A stretch of 5,050 nucleotides of DNA from Candidatus Saccharimonadota bacterium. GTDB lineage: Bacteria; Bacteroidota; Bacteroidia; Flavobacteriales; Blattabacteriaceae. The position numbers and the translations under genes were made by a program. This document shows, piece after piece, positions 1-5,050 of the stretch. The notes beneath the pieces are model-generated. The model saw only the letters and a program-made list of their open reading frames with translations, did not search any database and was not told where the DNA came from. The stretch covers positions 159,463 through 164,512 of the forward strand of contig CP099822.1 of assembly GCA_029851105.1 (NCBI GenBank), written 5' to 3'. Each line of letters begins with the position of its first letter. Position 1 is the first letter of the stretch.

Positions 1-1
1 A

Positions 2-643
2 AAAAAAAAAAAAAAAAAAAATATAATTATAAATATTATAAATAATTATAAAAAAAAAATAAATAATTTATATGAAAAAATTAATTTATTAAAATATTTT
101 ATAAAAAAATTAAATAAAAAAATAATTAAAATTAATAAAAATATAGATTTATATTTAATAAAAAAAGAAATAAAATATAAATATTTAAAAATAAAAATAT
201 ATAATAAAAAAATTATAAAATTAAAATTAAATATTAAAAATATAAATAAAAAAAAAATAATAATAAATAATAAATTTTTAATTTATAAAAAAATTTTAAA
301 TTTTTTTTTAAAAAAAAAAAATAATAAAATTAAAAAAATAAAAAAAAATAAAATATTAATAAAAAATTTTTTAACAAAAATAATTAATAAAATTAAAAAA
401 TTTAAAATATATAAAAAATATAAAATTATTAAAAATAATTCTAAAGATAATATAGGTATAATATCAATTTATAAAGATAGTACTTTAAGTATTACATACT
501 TAAAAATACCAATTCAAAAATATATTTTTTTATGTAAAAAAGAAAAAATTTTATATGATGATTATACAGGTAAAATTTTAATTGATAATATTTTAGTAAA
601 AAAAATTAAAAATAATATTAATAAAATATTTAAAAAAAAATAA
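2..643 (+). CDS. Partial CDS, 5' end outside the window; conserved-looking C-terminal region but function unassigned (hypothetical protein)
   Basis: Hand translation of frame +2 from nt 2 to TAA at 641-643 gives 213 sense codons with no stop. It has no ATG, GTG or TTG, which is why the Met-anchored ORF track omits it. The other two + frames hit TAA repeatedly (for example frame 1 at nt 58-60). The C-terminal part (nt ~440-600) is less degenerate: ...SKDNIGIISIYKDSTLSITYLKIPIQKYIFLCKKEKILYDDYTGKILIDNILVKKIKNNINKIFKKK*. The N-terminal 140 codons are almost purely K/N/I/L/F/Y. No protein family is recognisable by eye. Confidence 0.6.
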   Translation, partial: KKKKKKNIIINIINNYKKKINNLYEKINLLKYFIKKLNKKIIKINKNIDLYLIKKEIKYKYLKIKIYNKKIIKLKLNIKNINKKKIIINNKFLIYKKILNFFLKKKNNKIKKIKKNKILIKNFLTKIINKIKKFKIYKKYKIIKNNSKDNIGIISIYKDSTLSITYLKIPIQKYIFLCKKEKILYDDYTGKILIDNILVKKIKNNINKIFKKK

Positions 644-644
644 T

Positions 645-944
645 TTATTTAATTAATTTTTTACATTTTTTATTTAAATTATATTCTGATATAATACCTA
701 TATATCTATATTTTTCTTTATTATTTTTTAAAAATACTAAAGTAGGTATACTTTGTATATTATATTTTTTATATAAAAATTTATTTTTATATTCTTCTAT
801 ATTAATTTTTTTTATTAATATTTTATTTTTATATTTTTTTTTTATTTTATTAATAATAGGTTTCATATATAAACATGGTGTACACCATTTTGCCCAAAAA
901 TCAATAATAATAAATTTTTTATTTTTTTCTTCTTTTATATTCAT
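645..944 (-). CDS. trxA: Thioredoxin (short form, variant WCTPC active site)
   Basis: The 99-aa ORF carries FIIIDFWAKWCTPC, matching the thioredoxin DFWAxWCGPC redox motif. It also has IQSIPTLVFLKNNK, matching the conserved cis-Pro segment I(R/P)xIPTLxxFKNG. The stop is TAA at 647-645. An in-frame TAA at 959-957 bounds the N-terminus, so the Met at 944 is effectively the only start. Confidence 0.85.
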   Translation of the reverse strand: MNIKEEKNKKFIIIDFWAKWCTPCLYMKPIINKIKKKYKNKILIKKINIEEYKNKFLYKKYNIQSIPTLVFLKNNKEKYRYIGIISEYNLNKKCKKLIK

Positions 945-1125
945 ATTTTTTTTTAATTAAATATTTTTTTTTTAAAAATTTAATTCTTTTTTTTTTAGAT
1001 GGTTTAATATAAAATAATTTATTTTTTAATATTTTAATAACTTGTAATTTATTTATTTTTTTTTTATATATTTTTAATATTTTATCTATATTATCACCTT
1101 CTTTAATTAAAGTAATTAATTTCAT
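919..1125 (-). CDS. rpsU: 30S ribosomal protein S21
   Basis: The 68-aa product is very basic. ITLIKEGDNIDKILKIYKKKINKLQVIKILKNKLFYIKPSKKKRIK aligns by eye with E. coli S21 [46 protein letters not shown], sharing the FYxKPS/T..(K/R)R core. Length matches S21 (~70 aa). The stop is TAA at 921-919. Confidence 0.72.
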   Translation of the reverse strand: MKLITLIKEGDNIDKILKIYKKKINKLQVIKILKNKLFYIKPSKKKRIKFLKKKYLIKKKYEYKRRKK

Positions 1126-1179
1126 TTTTTTTAATTTAATAATATATATTATATTTAATTTTTTTTAAATTAATAAAAT
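1126..1179. promoter_or_regulatory. Divergent rpsU<->hisS intergenic spacer, the only non-coding DNA in the window and a presumed bidirectional promoter region
   Basis: A 54-nt pure A/T spacer lies between the rpsU ATG (1125-1123, - strand) and the hisS ATG (1180-1182). If dedicated promoters exist for these divergent units they must lie here. TATAAT-like strings are everywhere at this composition, so no specific -10/-35 can be called. No Shine-Dalgarno-like purine motif is present on either side. Confidence 0.3.
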
Positions 1180-2475
1180 ATGATAATAAAAAATATTAAA
1201 GGTACATTAGATTTATTTAATAATAAAATAAATATTATTTGTAATATAAAAAATATTATAAAAAAAAATTTTGAATTATATGGATATTCTAAAATAGAGA
1301 CTCCATTAATTGAAAATATTAATATAATTAAATATATAAAAAAAAATATTAATAATAATTTATTATATTTTTTATATAATAAAAAAAAAAAAAAAAAATT
1401 TTTAATTTTTGATTTAACTATTTCTTTAATAAGATTTTTATTAAATTATAATAATAAATTAACTTTTCCATTTAAAAGATATCAAATACAAAAAGTTTGG
1501 AGAGGAGAAAAACCTCAAAAAAATAGATATAGAGAATTTTATCAATGTGATATAGATATTGTAGATTTTAAATCTAATCTAGAAGAAATAGAAATTATAT
1601 TAATATGTAATAATATTTTTAAAAAATTAAAATTATCAATTTTTTTTATTTTAAATCATAAAGATATTATATATGGATTATGTGAATATTTAAACATACC
1701 TAAAAAAAAATGGAATTATTTTATTTCTAAAATAGATAAAATTGATAAAAAAGGAATAATAAATGTTATTAATATAATAAGTAAAAAGATAAGTAAAAAA
1801 ATTACAAATAAAATAATAAAATTATTTAATAAAAAATTAAATAATATTAATTATTTAATATATTTAAAAAAAAAATTTAAAAAAAATAAAAAATATGGAT
1901 TTTATGGTATTAATTATTTAATTAAATTATTTTTAATTTTAAAAAATAAAAAAATAAAAATAAAATTTAATTTATTTTTATCTAGAGGATTAAATTATTA
2001 TACTAAAACTATTTTTGAAATTAAAAATAAAAAAGAAAAATTATCTTTAGGAGGAGGTGGTAGATATGATAATTTATTTAAAATTAAAAATAAAAAAATA
2101 AAAGGTATTGGTATATCTTTAGGATTATATAGAATATATAATATAATTAAAAATAATAATATAAAATTAAAAATTAAAAAAAAAAAAAAATGTATTTTTT
2201 TAAATTTTGGTATAAAAAATTATTTCTTAATACATAAATATGCTGATATTTTAAGAAAAAAAAATATAATTACAGAAATATATCCATATAAAGTAAAAAT
2301 TAAAAAACAAATTAAATATGCATTAAAAAAAAATATTAATTTTTTAATAATTATTGGTAATAAAGAAATTAAAAAAAAAATAATAAAAATAAAAAATTTA
2401 TTTTCTAAAAAAGAAAAAAAATTTAATAAAATTAAAAAAATAATAAAATATATAAAAAAATGGAATGTGGAATAA
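1180..2475 (+). CDS. hisS: Histidine--tRNA ligase (class II aaRS)
   Basis: The 431-aa ORF has the N-terminal GT(L)D..., ...YGYSKIETPLIE and motif 2 FKRY...WRGEKPQKNRYREFYQCDIDIV (compare E. coli FRHERPQKGRYRQFHQ). It also has the HisA box SRGLNYYTKTIFE and motif 3 LGGGGRYDNLF. A C-terminal anticodon-binding-like domain follows (ILRKKNIITEIY...KKQIKYALKKNINFLIIIGNKE). Length is comparable to E. coli HisRS. The stop is TAA at 2473-2475. Confidence 0.92.
   Translation: MIIKNIKGTLDLFNNKINIICNIKNIIKKNFELYGYSKIETPLIENINIIKYIKKNINNNLLYFLYNKKKKKKFLIFDLTISLIRFLLNYNNKLTFPFKRYQIQKVWRGEKPQKNRYREFYQCDIDIVDFKSNLEEIEIILICNNIFKKLKLSIFFILNHKDIIYGLCEYLNIPKKKWNYFISKIDKIDKKGIINVINIISKKISKKITNKIIKLFNKKLNNINYLIYLKKKFKKNKKYGFYGINYLIKLFLILKNKKIKIKFNLFLSRGLNYYTKTIFEIKNKKEKLSLGGGGRYDNLFKIKNKKIKGIGISLGLYRIYNIIKNNNIKLKIKKKKKCIFLNFGIKNYFLIHKYADILRKKNIITEIYPYKVKIKKQIKYALKKNINFLIIIGNKEIKKKIIKIKNLFSKKEKKFNKIKKIIKYIKKWNVE
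1381..1398 (+). repeat. A18 homopolymer inside hisS (encodes K6)
   Basis: Direct count: t at 1380, 18 consecutive a at 1381-1398, then ttt. Translated in frame as NKKKKKKF. Confidence 0.95.
2176..2190 (+). repeat. A15 homopolymer inside hisS (encodes K5)
   Basis: Direct count: att (2173-2175), 15 a (2176-2190), tgt (2191-2193). Translated as IKKKKKC. Confidence 0.95.
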
Positions 2476-3461
2476 TAGGATTACCTAATGTAGGTAAATC
2501 AACTTTTTTTAATTTATTATCTAATACTAATGTTTTAGTAAAAAATTATCCTTTTTCTACTATTAATCCTAATAAATCTATTATAAATGTATATGATAAA
2601 AGAGTAATTTATTTATGTAAAAAATTTAATTTTAAAAATTATAAATTTAATACTATTAAATTAATAGATATAGCTGGTATAATTAAAAATTCTTATAAAG
2701 GGAAAGGATTAGGTAATATTTTTTTATCTTATATTTATAATACAAAAGTATTAATAAATATATTGAGATTTTTTTATTCTAAAAAAATAATTAATATTAA
2801 TAAAAATATAATAGATCCTATATATGAAAGAAAAATAATATTAAATGAATTAATAATGAAAGATATTAATTTAATAAAAAAAAATATAAAAAAAAAAAAT
2901 AAAAATTTTTTAAATAAAATATTATTTTTTTTTAAAAAAAAAAATATTTATGATATAAAAAAAATATATAATGATAATAAATTAATAATTAAAAAATATA
3001 AATTAAATTTTTTATGTATTAAACCAATAATATATATATGTAATACAGATAATAATGTACAAAAAGATGAATTATTATTTGTAAAAGAATATTTTTATAA
3101 AAAAAAAGAAAAATTATATTTTTTAAATATAAAAAATATTTTTTTTAATAAAAAAAAAATAAATAAAATTATAAATAATATTTATTTAAAATTAAAATTA
3201 AAAACTTTTTTTACTATTGATAAAAAAAATAAAAAAATTAGTTCTTGGAAAATAAAAAAAAATACTTATGCATATAAAGCCTCTAAAAAAATACATTCTA
3301 CTTTTAGTAAAAATTTAATAAAAGTAGAAGTTATTAACTATAATAATATAATAAAATTAAATAATATAAAAAATTATAAAAAATATATGTTATTAAAAAA
3401 TAAAAAATATATAGTAAAAGATGGAGATATACTTTTTTTTAAATTAAATTATAAATCATAA
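2460..3461 (+). CDS. ychF: Ribosome-binding ATPase YchF (Obg-like GTPase/ATPase family)
   Basis: The 333-aa ORF has the P-loop CGIIGLPNVGKSTFFNLL, switch I YPFSTINPN, and G3 with the following segment LIDIAGIIKNSYKGKGLGNIFLSYI. It has the YchF-type G4 region KPIIYICNTDNN and a C-terminal TGS-like domain (FFT...SSWKIKKNTYAYKASKKIHSTFSKNLIKVEVI...KKYIVKDGDILFFKLN). The start ATG at 2460 overlaps the hisS 3' end. The stop is TAA at 3459-3461. Confidence 0.92.
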   Translation: MECGIIGLPNVGKSTFFNLLSNTNVLVKNYPFSTINPNKSIINVYDKRVIYLCKKFNFKNYKFNTIKLIDIAGIIKNSYKGKGLGNIFLSYIYNTKVLINILRFFYSKKIININKNIIDPIYERKIILNELIMKDINLIKKNIKKKNKNFLNKILFFFKKKNIYDIKKIYNDNKLIIKKYKLNFLCIKPIIYICNTDNNVQKDELLFVKEYFYKKKEKLYFLNIKNIFFNKKKINKIINNIYLKLKLKTFFTIDKKNKKISSWKIKKNTYAYKASKKIHSTFSKNLIKVEVINYNNIIKLNNIKNYKKYMLLKNKKYIVKDGDILFFKLNYKS

Positions 3462-5050
3462 ATTAATTTTTCTATTTTTTTTTTTTTTTTAATTAAAAAA
3501 AATATTTTCATTAAAATTTTTTTTTTATTTTTTGTATCTTTTTGTTTTATTAATTTTGTATATTTTTTTATATTATTATATAATAAGAAATATTTATATT
3601 TTAAAATAATGTTTTTAAAATACGAAGTTATAATTTTATTAGATATTTTATTTTTATTATTAATATTTATAATAATATTTTTTTTTATATTTTTTTTATT
3701 AAAATTTTTAATTTTTTCTTTTAAAAAATTAATTAATTTTTTATTTTTTTTTTCTAAAATAATATCATATTTTTTAATATTTATTAGTATTTTATTAATA
3801 ATTTTATTTATATCTATAAAAATTTTTTTTTTTTTAAATTTTAACAATAAAAATTTATTAACAAATTTTTTTAAACTATTTATTTTTTTTATTAAAATTT
3901 TTTCAATATTTTTTATTGGATCATATAAATTTATTTTTTTATTAATAAAATTATTATTATCATAATTATAATTATTTTTATATTGATATAAATATATTTT
4001 ATTATTATTATTAATATTATTAATATTAATAATTAATTTTTTATTTTTATTTTCTTTTTTTTTTAATTTATTAATTTCTTTATATATATATTTAATCTTT
4101 ATTTTAAATTTTTTAGATAAATATTGAGAATATATTATTCTAATTATTTTATTTGATATATTATATATATTTATAATAATATCTTTTATTAAAAGATATT
4201 TTTTAAATTGATCATTAAAATTTTTTTTATAAATTTTTATTTTTAAATCTATAAAATTAATACTTTTTTTTTTAAAAAAATTATTAATATTTTTAATTTT
4301 ATTACCATTTTTTAATAAAAAAGAATTAGGATCTTGATTATTTTTAAATAAATAAAATCTAATATTAAAATTAAAATTTAAAAAAATATTAATATTTTTA
4401 ATTGATGCTTCAATACCTGCTTTATCACCATCATATAAAAATATGATATTTTTAGTATAATTTTTTATAATTTTAATTTGATATTTACTAATAGAAGTGC
4501 CAGACATTGATAATACATTTTTAATATTATATTGATGTAATAATATTAAATCAGTATATCCTTCTACAATATAACAAAAATTTAATTTTATAATATATTC
4601 TTTAGATTCATAAAGACCATATAAAATTTTACTTTTATTATATATTAAATTATTAGTAGTATTTATATATTTATTATATAAATAATTTAAATTAATAGTT
4701 CTACCACCAAAACCTATTATTTTACCATATAAATCTTTTATAGGGAAAATTATTCTATTTCTAAAAAAATCTAATATTTTATTTTTTTTTTTAATAAATA
4801 AACCTGAATTTAAAATTAATTTTTTATCAATTTTAAAAAATTTTTTTTTTAAAAAAAAATTAAATAATTTATTATTATTATAAGTAGATGATGAATACCC
4901 TATTAAGAATTTTTTTATAATTTTTTTATTAAACCCTTTTTTTTTTAAAAAAATTAAAATATTTTTATTTTTATTTAATTCTTTTATAAAAAAATTACTA
5001 GCATAATTTTGTATTTTTTTTAAAAAAAATACATTATCTTTTTTTTTTTT
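3449..5050 (-). CDS. dnaG: DNA primase, partial (N-terminal zinc-binding region lies beyond nt 5050)
   Basis: The track ORF (3449-4507) starts at an internal Met. Hand translation of the same frame from 5050 down to 4508 shows no stop and carries the primase catalytic-core motifs. DFFRNRIIFPIKDLYGKIIGFGGR (nt ~4771-4700) matches E. coli FRNRVMFPIRDKRGRVIGFGGR. KYINTTNNLIYNKSKILYGLYES matches [23 protein letters not shown]. The Toprim segment IVEGYTDLILLHQYNIKNVLSMSGTS (~4570-4493) and LYDGDKAGIEA (~4440-4408) are also present. The stop is TAA at 3451-3449. Confidence 0.93.
   Translation of the reverse strand, partial: KKKKDNVFFLKKIQNYASNFFIKELNKNKNILIFLKKKGFNKKIIKKFLIGYSSSTYNNNKLFNFFLKKKFFKIDKKLILNSGLFIKKKNKILDFFRNRIIFPIKDLYGKIIGFGGRTINLNYLYNKYINTTNNLIYNKSKILYGLYESKEYIIKLNFCYIVEGYTDLILLHQYNIKNVLSMSGTSISKYQIKIIKNYTKNIIFLYDGDKAGIEASIKNINIFLNFNFNIRFYLFKNNQDPNSFLLKNGNKIKNINNFFKKKSINFIDLKIKIYKKNFNDQFKKYLLIKDIIINIYNISNKIIRIIYSQYLSKKFKIKIKYIYKEINKLKKKENKNKKLIININNINNNNKIYLYQYKNNYNYDNNNFINKKINLYDPIKNIEKILIKKINSLKKFVNKFLLLKFKKKKIFIDINKIINKILINIKKYDIILEKKNKKLINFLKEKIKNFNKKNIKKNIIININNKNKISNKIITSYFKNIILKYKYFLLYNNIKKYTKLIKQKDTKNKKKILMKIFFLIKKKKKIEKLIYDL
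3475..3490 (-). repeat. T16 (A16 on the coding strand) homopolymer near the dnaG 3' end (K5 run)
   Basis: Direct count: a at 3474, 16 consecutive t at 3475-3490, a at 3491. It lies within the ...LIKKKKKIEKLIYDL* tail of the dnaG ORF. Confidence 0.95.

Noticed and set aside
1-21. A21 run at the window start, resembling a poly(A) tail, an assembly artefact or a eukaryotic/organellar signature
   Set aside because: It is in frame with the long +2 ORF as a poly-Lys run, and similar A/T runs of 10-18 nt occur inside every verified gene here. It reflects genome composition and not a transcript tail. Its true length is unknown because it touches the window edge.
72-92. The first ATG-initiated + strand ORF in nt 1-644 (atg aaa aaa tta att tat taa, MKKLIY*); the later + strand ATGs at 532, 555 and 558 open equally short out-of-frame ORFs
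   Set aside because: It is six codons long, out of frame with the 213-codon open frame, and has no supporting signal. It is a chance ORF.
2-643. Attempted functional assignment of the unassigned ORF. The motif KIPIQKYIFLCKKEKILYDDYTGKILIDNI faintly resembles the C-terminal KH-like domain of GTPase Der/EngA (..PPxFxxFxN.....Y.R+L.N.+R) or the TilS C-terminal domain (..IP.W.R..IPLL.....I....G)
   Set aside because: The resemblances are short, need gaps, and are at chance level for this composition. The upstream 140 residues show no GTPase G-motifs (no DxxG or NKxD), and the TilS PP-loop would lie outside the window. There is not enough to name a product.
3609-3965. 118-aa + strand ORF (MFLKYEVIILLDILFLLLIFIIIFFF...), superficially a very hydrophobic multi-pass membrane peptide
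   Set aside because: It lies entirely antisense to the motif-supported dnaG CDS. Its Phe/Leu/Ile richness is just the complement of the Lys/Asn/Ile codons (AAA/AAT/ATT read as TTT/ATT/AAT). It is a typical shadow ORF with no independent evidence.
3985-4040. Short periodic A/T repeats (attattattattaatattattaatattaataattaa) that could be read as a tandem or CRISPR-like repeat
   Set aside because: It is an imperfect low-complexity stretch encoding the Asn/Ile-rich ...NINNINNNN... segment of the dnaG tail. It has no repeat-spacer architecture and no defined unit.
4835-4859. A6-T10-A9 palindromic homopolymer block, a possible terminator-like or origin-like element
   Set aside because: It lies inside the dnaG reading frame (translating as ...LFFL-KKK-FFK...) and has no G/C stem. 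A/T-only palindromes arise trivially at this composition.
1-5050. Possible UGA=Trp recoding (genetic code 4), as in other tiny AT-rich symbionts
   Set aside because: All recognisable genes are full length under the standard code and all six Trp codons are TGG. Nothing in this window requires recoding.
1-5050. Search for tRNA, rRNA, tmRNA or other structured RNA genes, mobile elements, or defence/toxin modules
   Set aside because: CDSs cover everything except 54 nt (1126-1179). No locally G/C-enriched segment exists outside conserved protein motifs that could form tRNA-like stems. No transposase, integrase, restriction, toxin or Cas-like motif appears in any frame I translated.

Overview
The window is almost entirely housekeeping coding sequence from an extremely A+T-rich, highly reduced bacterial genome of the insect-endosymbiont type. 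A hand count gives about 73 G/C in nt 1-1140 (~6%) and about 65 in nt 1141-1740 (~11%). Five genes are recognisable from conserved motifs: trxA (-), rpsU (-), hisS (+), ychF (+) and a 5'-truncated dnaG (-). dnaG runs open to the window edge at 5050; it does not start at the Met at 4507 given by the ORF track. A sixth coding region on the + strand (nt 2-643) is missing from the track because it has no ATG. It is stop-free for 213 codons and I cannot assign it a function. Genes are packed with 13-26 nt overlaps or a 1-nt spacer, and the only non-coding DNA is a 54-nt divergent spacer (1126-1179). All five visible stops are TAA and all six Trp codons are TGG, so the standard code (table 11) fits. 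That, the pervasive gene overlap and the composition suggest a Carsonella-like gammaproteobacterial symbiont rather than a UGA=Trp symbiont such as Zinderia, Nasuia or Hodgkinia; this is inference only. I see no mobile element, CRISPR array, RNA gene, toxin/defence module or other accessory system. The honest reading is an ordinary core-genome window whose interest lies in extreme composition, compaction, one unassigned ORF and a few divergent protein features.
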